Of a DNA stretch of 64,000 nt, positions 52,741 through 61,577 are shown in pieces; the stretch's first letter is position 1; the number at the start of each line of letters is the position of its first letter. Below the pieces are notes generated by a model. That model saw only the letters and a program-made list of their open reading frames with translations. It had not been told where the DNA came from and did no database searches. A program made the translations under genes and the position numbers. The stretch comes from Abditibacteriaceae bacterium (GTDB lineage Bacteria > Armatimonadota > Abditibacteriia > Abditibacteriales > Abditibacteriaceae), in assembly GCA_965277285.1 (NCBI GenBank), contig OZ255721.1, forward strand, positions 2,880,001 through 2,944,000. Direction: 5' to 3'.

Positions 52741-53480
52741 TCGTTCGAGTAGTATGACAAGCCGGGGTTCAATTCCCGATGTATTTGTTCAACCAAATCC
52801 CCATCGTTGTCTTGATCAATAATGTCGATTTCTTCGTTGAAAAAATAAACGCCGCGCTTGTAGCATTCATTTATAGTGCGTATCATGTCGAACAGGCTAT
52901 TATATCGCATGACTGGTTCTGTGATCTCAACATCTTCAAAAAGAACAGGAGCACTTGCTAAGAGAGTTTCACCGCAAGGAATGTAGTGAGATCCGTCATC
53001 TCCACCTGATATTTCAATGTACACACCGGAAAATGCCTCTTTGGGTAGGCTGCCAGGACATTTCTTCTCACGTTCTATAAATGAATCTCTTAAATCGAGA
53101 TCGATAGTAAAGGCGTATTGAAGACTGTTGAAAGAAGACCAGGGAAGCAGAGCGAGGTGAACTTTTTGTGCAGGGTCTTCTTCATCCAACTCCTTTTCCC
53201 GAGCAAATGCGGCTTCAACTCCAACAGGCGGATCTGGCAAACCATTACGCCACGAGTAAAGCGTATAAACCTCTTCCGATGGAAACCATTTTTTATCGTA
53301 AGCGAGTTGAACGTTGCGTTCTTCTATTGATCCAGGCGCCAAGTAAGGCGGCAGGCGCGGTTTGATGATCTCCATTTGCTCGCGTGTCAAACCCGTCTGC
53401 AAATAATTAGGCAGCCTTGGATTGACTTTGCTGATGTTCTCCAAAAGCTCATTCAACAACTGTGTCAAGGTCATAATCAA
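52737..53480 (-). CDS. SMI1/KNR4 (SUKH)-like protein, AT-rich
   Basis: LQTGLTREQM...PSEEVYTLYSWRNG, YNSLFDMIRTINECY; start and stop overlap both neighbours. Confidence 0.65.
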   Translation of the reverse strand: MIMTLTQLLNELLENISKVNPRLPNYLQTGLTREQMEIIKPRLPPYLAPGSIEERNVQLAYDKKWFPSEEVYTLYSWRNGLPDPPVGVEAAFAREKELDEEDPAQKVHLALLPWSSFNSLQYAFTIDLDLRDSFIEREKKCPGSLPKEAFSGVYIEISGGDDGSHYIPCGETLLASAPVLFEDVEITEPVMRYNSLFDMIRTINECYKRGVYFFNEEIDIIDQDNDGDLVEQIHRELNPGLSYYSND

Positions 53481-54103
53481 ATCCCGATGCGACCTAAAAT
53501 CGCGCGCAAACGCAAGTAATCGGCGCGCAACAAGAGCGCCAGGGTTTTGCCCAGAGCAATCGAGTACTCAATATTACGGTTGTGCGCGGCAATAGTTTGG
53601 TTGCAAGCCGCCACGAGAAGTTCGTCGGCGCTGGCTCCGCCCATCGTTCCGGCGCTGTCGAAAAGCAGGCGAATCCAATCGTGACCTTGCGTAAAACGCC
53701 GAATGTCTTCGAGGTCGCACGGAATGACAAACGAATGAAGTCGCGGCGGTTGCGGTGGCAGCGATTGGTGAATGGTCTGGTTTTCGCCGCGTGTCCAGCC
53801 GACGCAGCGCACTTCAAAGGTCGTGCGCAACAGTTTGCCGATTTGCGGATGGCGCGCTTCCATGTCGTTTTCGTCCGTCCACAACGCCAGAGGTCGCCGA
53901 TTCGCTTCAAACGGCAAGGTTTCGATGTGCGCGACGACGCCGTAAATAATTTCGCGCTGCGCATCGTCGGGAACTTCATTTGGCACGCGCACAAAAGAAC
54001 CAAAAGGCGGCGCGCAGTGCAAGGCGCGACACTGCGCGACCCAGCCGGTCGTGCGAGATTCCAAAACTTCAGCTTGAACGCAAGGGATTTCGACGTTGCT
54101 CAT
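53477..54103 (-). CDS. Stand-alone HAS-barrel protein
   Basis: AEVLESRTTGW.AQC, PPFGSFV, QSLPPQPPRLH, DYLRLRAIL. Confidence 0.75.
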   Translation of the reverse strand: MSNVEIPCVQAEVLESRTTGWVAQCRALHCAPPFGSFVRVPNEVPDDAQREIIYGVVAHIETLPFEANRRPLALWTDENDMEARHPQIGKLLRTTFEVRCVGWTRGENQTIHQSLPPQPPRLHSFVIPCDLEDIRRFTQGHDWIRLLFDSAGTMGGASADELLVAACNQTIAAHNRNIEYSIALGKTLALLLRADYLRLRAILGRIGI

Positions 54104-54187
54104 GTTTTCATTATCTTAGCTGAAAACGGCGCGCGCACCAAATCGAATCGAGTACTCGAAAACGGAAAATCGTGTCACAATTGCGCT

Positions 54188-54628
54188 ATGTCCGAAGAAA
54201 CGATGCGACTTTTCGAGGATGCGATTGCTGGTTGGCAGAATAATCTTGCGACGTGTCGCGGTGGCGATGGCGCTCAGAGCATCTATCCGCCCGAATTTGT
54301 GCGCGTGATGTTCCATGTCGCAGCCGAGTTCGGTTCGGTTTCCTGCCATGCTCTAGATAACGAAACGTTGTGCTTCGACATTGGTAAAACAGAAACGCGA
54401 ACTTACACTTTTTTGCCTTTCCACGCGATTCGCGTTTTATTGGCGGCGGTAGCTCATGTCTTCTGGGATTGTAATACAAATCCAACGTTCAACGTTTACG
54501 GCGACAAAGCCGAAATTGCGCTGGCCGTTGAAGACAAACTAACAGACTTTTATGTCGAAACTGGTAACACAAACGGCAAGCCATTGTATTTTCTAATTCG
54601 CAAAATGGATGAGTTAGAGCACTCGTGA
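54188..54628 (+). CDS. Hypothetical protein
   Basis: C-terminal part of ORF 53582..54628 from ATG 54188, free of overlap. Confidence 0.6.
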   Translation: MSEETMRLFEDAIAGWQNNLATCRGGDGAQSIYPPEFVRVMFHVAAEFGSVSCHALDNETLCFDIGKTETRTYTFLPFHAIRVLLAAVAHVFWDCNTNPTFNVYGDKAEIALAVEDKLTDFYVETGNTNGKPLYFLIRKMDELEHS

Positions 54629-54637
54629 AAAACGACA

Positions 54638-54690
54638 AACGTCCCGCCGAGTAACGATTGAAGAAATCGAGTACTCGAACGGGACGTTTG
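54638..54690. terminator. Terminator-like hairpin downstream of csp, containing the palindrome
   Basis: AAACGTCCCG...CGGGACGTTT stem. Confidence 0.65.
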
Positions 54691-54727
54691 GGTTTGTGAC
54701 TGTTGCGTTGAAAGCTAAGATTGCGAA

Positions 54728-54934
54728 TTAGCCGGCGACGCGGACGTTGGCGGCGCGCAGGCCTTTTTGCTCTTTGGTGATTTCAAACTCGACGGCCTGG
54801 CCTTCTTTCAGGGAACGGTAGCCTTCGGCTTCAATGGCCGAATGGTGGACGAAAACATCTTCGCCGCCGCCTTCCTGCTCGATGAAACCGAAGCCCTTCG
54901 AGTCGTTGAACCACTTCACTGTGCCTTTTGCCAT
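54728..54934 (-). CDS. Cold-shock protein
   Basis: [31 protein letters not shown]. Confidence 0.96.
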   Translation of the reverse strand: MAKGTVKWFNDSKGFGFIEQEGGGEDVFVHHSAIEAEGYRSLKEGQAVEFEITKEQKGLRAANVRVAG

Positions 54935-55225
54935 GACGACAAATCTCCTGTGCTGTTGAGACTGTGCGACCCTGCCAATTGCAAGTTTCAATTGCGGAAA
55001 CTCGCTTTCGTCCTGCGCCTGTCTTTCAGCTAAATAATGTCCGGTTCGTCAGAACCGCCGTCATTATAAAGAGACTTCCATTTTTTGTCAAGATATTTGT
55101 TGTTCCGCGCGAAAACAATTTACAAAGTGATCAGCGATGAGAACTGAGCGACGAGTATCTGCGCTCGGTTCGAGTTTGTTTTCGTCATATCCTTTGCCTC
55201 GCAATTGCGGTAAAATTGACGCGAT

Positions 55226-56872
55226 ATGCAAACGAGTACTCAATCGTCGCCAACTTCTTCTTCCGCCGCTTCTGCCGTCGCTTCTCCCAAGCAAAAAGTC
55301 GTGATTATCGGTAGCGGCCCGATTCGCATCGGTCAGGGCATCGAGTTCGATTATGCCAGCGTTCATTGCACGCGCAGCGTCCGCGAATTGGGCTACGAAG
55401 CGATTGTCATCAACAACAATCCTGAAACCGTTTCCACCGATTTCGACACCTCCGACCGCCTTTATTTCGAGCCATTGACCGTCGAAGACGTGCTCAACAT
55501 CCTCGACCGCGAACAGCCTTTGGGCGTCGTCGTGCAGTTCGGCGGACAAACCGCGATCAACCTGGCGCAGCCATTAGACGACGCCGGAATCCGTATTTTA
55601 GGCACGCAATACGATTCGATTGACCTGGCCGAAGACCGCGACCGCTTCGACAAACTGCTCATCGAGCTGGGCATTCCCAAGCCCGAAGGCGCCGCTGTCA
55701 CAACGCTCAACGCCGCCATTGATGTCGCCAATCGCGTCGGTTATCCGGTTTTGGTTCGTCCCAGTTACGTTTTGGGCGGGCGCGCGATGGAGATCGTTTA
55801 TACGGAAAACGACTTGCGTTCGTATATGCAAACCACAGCCGAAGTCGCGCCCGATAAGCCGTTGCTGGTCGACAAATACATGGTCGGCAAGGAAGCCGAA
55901 GTCGATGTGATTTCCGACGGCGTCGATTGCTTGCTGCCTGGAATCATGGAGCACATCGAGCGCGCGGGCGTTCACTCCGGCGATTCGATGGCGGTTTATC
56001 CGCCGCAAACTTTGTCGCAAAACGTTATCAACCAGATCGAAGAATACGCCATTAAAATGGCGCGCGCGCTGAAAGTTTCCGGCGTGATGAACATTCAATA
56101 CGTGATTGAAGGCGAGCAGGTCTATATCATCGAAGTCAACCCGCGCGCATCGAGAACGATTCCGTATCTGTCGAAAATCACCGGCATTCCGATGGTGAAA
56201 CTGGCGACGCAAATTATGATGGGCGCGACGCTCAAAGAATTGGGCTACAAATCAGGACTGCATCCGACGCCCGATCAAGTTGCCGTCAAAGCGCCAGTGT
56301 TTTCCTTCCAAAAGTTGACTGGCGTCGATCCCGATTTGAGTCCCGAAATGAAATCGACCGGTGAAGTGATGGGCGTTGATAATAACTTTCCGCGCGCGCT
56401 TTACAAAGCGATGATCGCCAGCGGTTTCGATATTCCGTTGCCCGGACAAAGCGGCGGACACGGCGCGATTTTAGTGACTTTGGCCAACCATAACAAGGAA
56501 GAAGGCGCGCCGATTGTCAAAGGTTTCTGGGAAATGGGCTACAAGGTTTATGCGACGCAAGGCACCGCTCGAGTACTCGAAAGTCACGGCGTCGAGTGCG
56601 AAATCGTGCGACGTTTGGGCGAAGAAGAACCGAATTTGCAAACGCTTTTGCAAACGCCAGACGTGGATTTTCTAATCAACACGCCCGAACGCGAACGCAC
56701 GCCCGAACGCGACGGCCTGAAGATGCGCCGCACCGCGATTGAACACGGCGTTCCGTGCCTGACCAGTTTGGACACCGCCGCCGCGTTGTTGACGGCTTTG
56801 CGGTATCAGCAGAATCAGCGCGTGGTCGGCGTGCGCGCGGTCGGCGAATACAAAATCGCGCAGAAGAATTAA
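55226..56872 (+). CDS. carB: Carbamoyl-phosphate synthase large subunit, C-terminal half only
   Basis: Begins at KVVIIGSGPIRIGQGIEFDY; RPSYVLGG, HSGDS, EVNPRASRT, EMKSTGE, MGS domain YATQGTA. Confidence 0.9.
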   Translation: MQTSTQSSPTSSSAASAVASPKQKVVIIGSGPIRIGQGIEFDYASVHCTRSVRELGYEAIVINNNPETVSTDFDTSDRLYFEPLTVEDVLNILDREQPLGVVVQFGGQTAINLAQPLDDAGIRILGTQYDSIDLAEDRDRFDKLLIELGIPKPEGAAVTTLNAAIDVANRVGYPVLVRPSYVLGGRAMEIVYTENDLRSYMQTTAEVAPDKPLLVDKYMVGKEAEVDVISDGVDCLLPGIMEHIERAGVHSGDSMAVYPPQTLSQNVINQIEEYAIKMARALKVSGVMNIQYVIEGEQVYIIEVNPRASRTIPYLSKITGIPMVKLATQIMMGATLKELGYKSGLHPTPDQVAVKAPVFSFQKLTGVDPDLSPEMKSTGEVMGVDNNFPRALYKAMIASGFDIPLPGQSGGHGAILVTLANHNKEEGAPIVKGFWEMGYKVYATQGTARVLESHGVECEIVRRLGEEEPNLQTLLQTPDVDFLINTPERERTPERDGLKMRRTAIEHGVPCLTSLDTAAALLTALRYQQNQRVVGVRAVGEYKIAQKN

Positions 56873-56906
56873 GCCTGCGAAACACGCGGAAAGAAAAGTT
56901 GAGAAT

Positions 56907-57199
56907 GGGACACGGAGGCTTCGCCTGCACGGATTGTACGGATGAACACGGATTTTGGTCTTGGAGTTTAGAGTCTGTTTGTAAAGTCCGCGAAATGTCT
57001 TGAAGTGAAAGTTCGTCATCCTGAGCGCAGCGAAGAATCTAACTGAACATAGATTCTTCGCTGCGCTCAGAATGACAAAGTGCGGGTTCCATGCGTCGTT
57101 TTTCACTTTCCAAACAGATTCCAAGATCTAAAATCCAAGACCCAAGATCAAAATCCGCGTTCATCCGTTCGATCCGTGTGAGCGAAGCCTCCGTGTCCC
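56907..57199. repeat. Multi-layer nested inverted-repeat composite (family D, heptamer arms, GAGTCTGTTTG arms, family A core)
   Basis: Arm pairs 56907-56956/57150-57199, 56957-56971/57128-57143, 56971-56987/57105-57121; core 57015-57076. Confidence 0.85.
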
Positions 57200-57255
57200 G
57201 TTTGAACGGTTTTGCTGTTGATTGCAGGCGGAACGAAGAACGTTTCCCTGCGTGA

Positions 57256-57738
57256 GTGTTCGATGTGAAAGCAATTCTTCTTTTCAGTCACGGCAGTGTG
57301 TTGTGCGGCGCGGGCGAGAACCTCAAGAGCCTCGCGCGGCAAATGGAAGAGCGCGGCGATGCGCCCATTGTCGAAGCCGGTTATCTCAATTATTCGCAGC
57401 CGTTGTTCGACGAAGCCTTTGCGAAATGCGTCGAACGTGGCGCGACGGAAATTGTGGTTGCGCCGTATTTTCTCGTCGCAGGAAAGTTTGTCAAAGTCGA
57501 TTTGCCACCGCACATCGAAAAAATGCGCGCGCGTTATCCCGACGTTCGAGTACTCGTTTCTCAGGCGATGCGTTTTCATCCAGCGTTGGCGCAAGCGATT
57601 GAAAACTGCGCGAGCCGCGCTTTGCCGCCGTCGCAATGGCGCGAAATGCTGAACACGGCGCCGCAATTTTGTCGCAACAATCCGCAATGTCCGTTGTTCA
57701 ACACCGAAAAATGCTCCGCCACAAACTCCACGTTATGA
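57256..57738 (+). CDS. cbiX: CbiX/SirB chelatase, single domain with a Cys-rich tail
   Basis: LLFSHGS, GYLNYSQP, PYFLVAGKFVKVDLP; tail FCRNNPQCPLFNTEKC. Confidence 0.82.
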   Translation: MFDVKAILLFSHGSVLCGAGENLKSLARQMEERGDAPIVEAGYLNYSQPLFDEAFAKCVERGATEIVVAPYFLVAGKFVKVDLPPHIEKMRARYPDVRVLVSQAMRFHPALAQAIENCASRALPPSQWREMLNTAPQFCRNNPQCPLFNTEKCSATNSTL

Positions 57739-58130
57739 CACTTGAACCTTCATCCTTCATCACTCATTGTCCAGCACTTCTCATCATGGTTCATGGCAGC
57801 CCGCGACCCGAATCGAACCGCGATATGTTCGCTGTAGTCGAACTTTTGCGTGCCTCAAACTCCTTTGCGCACGTCGAAGTCGGTTTCATGGAGTGCAACG
57901 AGCCGACGATTCCCAACGCGATTGCGCAATGTGTCGAAGCGGGCGCGCAAAAAATTGTCGCTGTGCCGTATTTTCTTCACGCGGGAAACCATGTCGCGGA
58001 CGATTTGCCGACGCTGTTGGAAGAAGCGCAGCAGCAATATCCGCACGTCGAATTTTTGATGGGCGATTATGTCGGGCACGACGCCGCTATCGCCGATGTG
58101 TTGCGAGATCGAGTACTCGAAGCGCAATAA
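57735..58130 (+). CDS. cbiX: CbiX/SirB chelatase, single domain
   Basis: VHGSPR, GFMECNEP, PYFLHAGNHVADDLP; ATGA overlap with the upstream gene. Confidence 0.85.
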   Translation: MTLEPSSFITHCPALLIMVHGSPRPESNRDMFAVVELLRASNSFAHVEVGFMECNEPTIPNAIAQCVEAGAQKIVAVPYFLHAGNHVADDLPTLLEEAQQQYPHVEFLMGDYVGHDAAIADVLRDRVLEAQ

Positions 58131-58217
58131 CGTTCAATTTTAACTATCGCCGGAAACAGAGATGAAGAGAGAAACGCCGCTCGTCGGGCGCAGCGCCTTG
58201 TTTTCTCTGTCGGCGAC

Positions 58218-58643
58218 TTATCGACTGTTCCACTGTGGCGTTTTGCTCCAATTGTCCTTGAGCAAATTAAGTTGAGCAAGCCATTGTTTTTTCTGTTCGG
58301 GATGAAGTGTGGTGACGCCAATAATTCTTGTGGTATCACCGTTGGCATCTTGCCAGAAGAGTTTTTGTTCTGGGCTGTCGAAAGTTGCATAAAGTACGTG
58401 ATGCCGTTCGGAAAGCGACAAAACCCAGCGGACTTTTTCGCCTCTCAAATCTACTTCTGAACTGGTTGCTTGTTCATCCAGGCCTTCGAGCAAGCGCGTA
58501 ACGATGTAGCCGATGGTTTCTGCACCCAGGAAAATGTTCTGTTGGCCATTCGCCAAATAGCATCGTGTCCAGCCATATTGATTGATAGCGACTTCGAGAA
58601 GTAGATCGCCATCAGCACCACGAAGAACCAGTTTGTCATTCAT
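58218..58643 (-). CDS. Hypothetical protein (lower GC)
   Basis: Non-overlapping part of ORF 58218..58769 from ATG 58643. Confidence 0.6.
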   Translation of the reverse strand: MNDKLVLRGADGDLLLEVAINQYGWTRCYLANGQQNIFLGAETIGYIVTRLLEGLDEQATSSEVDLRGEKVRWVLSLSERHHVLYATFDSPEQKLFWQDANGDTTRIIGVTTLHPEQKKQWLAQLNLLKDNWSKTPQWNSR

Positions 58644-58680
58644 TTGGTTGTTGCAATTTATGTAACCAATGGTGTGGGCT

Positions 58681-58721
58681 GCGCAAAGCGTGTGGCGCAA
58701 AGCGTGTGGCGCAAAGCGTGT
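58681..58721. repeat. 14-bp tandem repeat, 3 copies (GCGCAAAGCGTGTG)
   Basis: Direct reading. Confidence 0.9.
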
Positions 58722-59371
58722 CACGTCAAGCTGTGTGCGAGAATGATTTGCGCGTGGCAAACGGGGCAATTAAGCGCGGCAGTCTTGGCTGCGGGGTCTT
58801 GAAACTTGGCGCGCGGCCCCATGTAGCCGCAAGTCTCGCAGTGTACCCAGCCGGCGGGCGGGTTGATTTGCGTGCGTGCGGTTTCGGCAGCAGTCACTGG
58901 CGCGCGCACAGACGCCACCGCGTGCGCGCCGTTGCTCGCTGAGGCCGCATCTGGCGCACTTGGAACACTTTTATCGTATTGATAAACGCGGCGCAGCCAG
59001 GCGATAACGCGTGCCGCCAGAACTTGCTCGTGCATCGACTTCAAGATGTAATCGTCGGCGCCGATCTTCAAGCCCTTCATCACATTTTCATCGCTCATCG
59101 TCTCGTTCATCAAAAGAATGGGAATGGTACTGCTTTGTCGCATTTGCGCGCAAACTTCGTAACCGTCCAGCCCCGGCATCATCACATCGAGTAGCACCAG
59201 ATGTGGCATTTTTGCCCGAAACGCTTGCATTCCCAGCGCGCCGCTGGACGCGTGACGGCTTTCCATGTTGAGCGCAGCCAAGTTGGACAACAGCAACTGA
59301 GCGCGCCCGGGATCGTCGTCGACCACTAAAATCTGAAATCTTTGTGAAGGTTTAGGAGCCGGTGGTTTCAT
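58721..59371 (-). CDS. Response regulator: receiver domain plus C-terminal zinc ribbon
   Basis: ILVVDDD, LLDVMMPG, GADDYILK; tail PAGWVHCETCGYMGPR...CPVC. Confidence 0.88.
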   Translation of the reverse strand: MKPPAPKPSQRFQILVVDDDPGRAQLLLSNLAALNMESRHASSGALGMQAFRAKMPHLVLLDVMMPGLDGYEVCAQMRQSSTIPILLMNETMSDENVMKGLKIGADDYILKSMHEQVLAARVIAWLRRVYQYDKSVPSAPDAASASNGAHAVASVRAPVTAAETARTQINPPAGWVHCETCGYMGPRAKFQDPAAKTAALNCPVCHAQIILAHSLT

Positions 59372-59704
59372 GGGAAATAATGCGACACGCGCAAATCCGC
59401 GAAAGCCTGAGAAGTCTTGAAAAACTGAAAAAGGGCAATCAGTGCAAATGAATGTCCGCCAAAACGAGCATCGTGCTCTTTTAAGGCAGTTTCGAGTACT
59501 CGAAATTATGGCACCTGGTCAAAAATCAGCCAGTATCATTGATAGTGATCGGCTCAACAATGAACAACTTGACAGTATGAAACGAAAGAGTGCAATTGAG
59601 TAAGCAGCAGGCGACCTCAGGGTGTTTTCCTGAGAATCAGAATGACAAACTTCCACTCAGTCGCGCATCGCGGACTTTGCAAACTGATTCTCGGACGCCA
59701 GGGT

Positions 59705-60310
59705 TTAGGTTAGGGCAAAAGAAACGAACTCGCTTTTGCCACAAAAAGGACATTTCAGAATTTTTTCGCCGCGGTGATTTTCGCCATCGAACATACGTCG
59801 CGGACCCATATAACCGCACGACTCGCACGTCGCCCAGCCCGCGGGTGAAGAACTTGTGGGAGAAGAGGCCGCGTCGGAAGCTCCTTCGTTTTCCGTAGCG
59901 TCGTAGCGATAAACGCGGCGCAGGCTGGAAATGACGCGCGCAACCAGCAGTCTGGGGTTGAAAGGTTTGGGCAAATAATCGTCAGCGCCCACTTTGAAGC
60001 CTTGCAATTGATCCTGCTCAGAATTGAGCGCAGTCATCATGATGATCGGAATGGTGCTTTGCAGACGAATTTTCGCGCACAAATCGCGTCCGTTCATGCC
60101 CGGCATCATCACATCGAGAAGCACCAAATGCGGTTCAAAGTCGCCGTAGGCCAGCCAGCCCGCCACGCCATCGGGCGCATGACGCACATCAAAACCTGCT
60201 GCCTGCAAATTGATGACGACCAGGCGACCAATGTTCGCGTCGTCTTCGACTACTAAAACTCGATATTTCTCGCCTGACAAAGGCATTGATGGCAGAGATT
60301 GTGTCAGCAT
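59705..60310 (-). CDS. Response regulator: receiver domain plus C-terminal zinc ribbon (paralogue)
   Basis: VLVVEDD, LLDVMMPG, GADDYLPKPF; tail PAGWATCESCGYMGPR...CPFC. Confidence 0.9.
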   Translation of the reverse strand: MLTQSLPSMPLSGEKYRVLVVEDDANIGRLVVINLQAAGFDVRHAPDGVAGWLAYGDFEPHLVLLDVMMPGMNGRDLCAKIRLQSTIPIIMMTALNSEQDQLQGFKVGADDYLPKPFNPRLLVARVISSLRRVYRYDATENEGASDAASSPTSSSPAGWATCESCGYMGPRRMFDGENHRGEKILKCPFCGKSEFVSFALT

Positions 60311-60493
60311 ATTTTTCCTTGAGGCAACGCCATAACTGTTCTAATATCATATCTCTTTACTTCGCATCCTGGTACCAGAAATTGCGCTAAAAGAACCGCG
60401 GCATCCGTCTTCGATTAAAACTTTTGGACGGAGTGGCGAAACATGAATCGAGTACTCGAAAGACCTTATTTTTGTTCTGGCTCGTTTTTAACG

Positions 60494-61453
60494 TCAGAAT
60501 TTAGCGGCGGCGGTTAAAAAAGCGATCAACGTAATCCACAACAACACGTTGATGACAAGTGGTTTGTCGCGCAGCATATTTTCGGGCGTGCCGCCGATAG
60601 TCGACGAATGCGCTAAAAACAAGTAGCGAAACACGCCGTAAACCACAAAGGGAATCGTCGTCATCAACAAAGGCGAGTGCATCAAACCCTGGCCAAGCGC
60701 TTTATCATGCGGCGCATTGAAGGTATACAGCGAATAGGCAGTAATTGTCAAACCTGCAGCGACCGCGATAAACGTATCGAGCAAAGGCACCGTATAAAGC
60801 GGCAGGGCGCGTCGCGTGTGAACCGCGTTCTCTCCCATTTCCAGGAGTTCCGCACGACGCTTGCAAAGAGCGATGAACAGCGCGAGAGTAAACGTACAAA
60901 ACACGATCCACGGCGAAATATCGACGGGAATCGCCACGCAACCCGCGACGACGCGCACTACAAAGCCGGACGCCAGAACCAACACATCGATGATGACTTC
61001 GTGCTTGAGGCCAAAAGAATAGGCCAGCGTGAGAGCAAAATAAACGCCCGCCGCAGCCACGAAACCCAGCGATTGGAACGAACTGTGAACAATGCCAAAA
61101 GCGCAACTCACAGAAATCAGAAGCAACACAACAATCAAGCCGAGCGCGAATCGCGGACTCATTCGCCCCGACGCCAGAGGACGCTTTCGTTTCGTCGGAT
61201 GCAAGCGGTCGCGCGCGATGTCGCTCCAATCGTTAATGAGATACGTGGCGCCTGAAAGCGCGCAAAAACACAGGAACGCCAGCAGCATACGCGTCGCAGC
61301 GGGCAACATTTCAGGCAGCGGCGCGCGCAACTTTCCGGCGAACAAAAAGCCGCCGAAGAGCAACGCGTTTTTCGCCCATTGCCGCACGCGCACCGCATGA
61401 ACAAGATCGAGAAAGGAAAGGCGCGAGGCAGCAAGAGATTCGGTAGCGTTCAA
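60494..61453 (-). CDS. UbiA-family prenyltransferase (decaprenyl-phosphate phosphoribosyltransferase-like)
   Basis: RQWAKN, YLINDWSD..RDRLHPTKRKRPLASG, YSFGLKH, KRRAEL. Confidence 0.88.
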   Translation of the reverse strand: MNATESLAASRLSFLDLVHAVRVRQWAKNALLFGGFLFAGKLRAPLPEMLPAATRMLLAFLCFCALSGATYLINDWSDIARDRLHPTKRKRPLASGRMSPRFALGLIVVLLLISVSCAFGIVHSSFQSLGFVAAAGVYFALTLAYSFGLKHEVIIDVLVLASGFVVRVVAGCVAIPVDISPWIVFCTFTLALFIALCKRRAELLEMGENAVHTRRALPLYTVPLLDTFIAVAAGLTITAYSLYTFNAPHDKALGQGLMHSPLLMTTIPFVVYGVFRYLFLAHSSTIGGTPENMLRDKPLVINVLLWITLIAFLTAAAKF

Positions 61454-61502
61454 AATCGTGTTTCGTCCAATATCGAGTACTCGATTGCAACTTTCGACAT
61501 TC

Positions 61503-61577
61503 GTAGGGGCAAGGCACGCCTTGCCCTCAATGTTGTCCAGCGTGGACGGGAACGGGCGAGGCGTGGCTCGCCCCTAC
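61503..61577. repeat. REPIN-like doublet of family B; its arm supplies the aroB stop codon
   Basis: GTAGGGGCAAGGCACGCCTTGCCC...GGGCGAGGCGTGGCTCGCCCCTAC. Confidence 0.8.

Noticed and set aside
53582..54187. N-terminal extension of the 348-aa ORF 53582..54628
   Set aside because: Overlaps the HAS-barrel gene antisense; only the part from ATG 54188 is plausible.
58681..58721. 14-bp triple tandem repeat as a regulatory or phase-variable element
   Set aside because: Short intergenic duplication with no supporting context; recorded only as a repeat.
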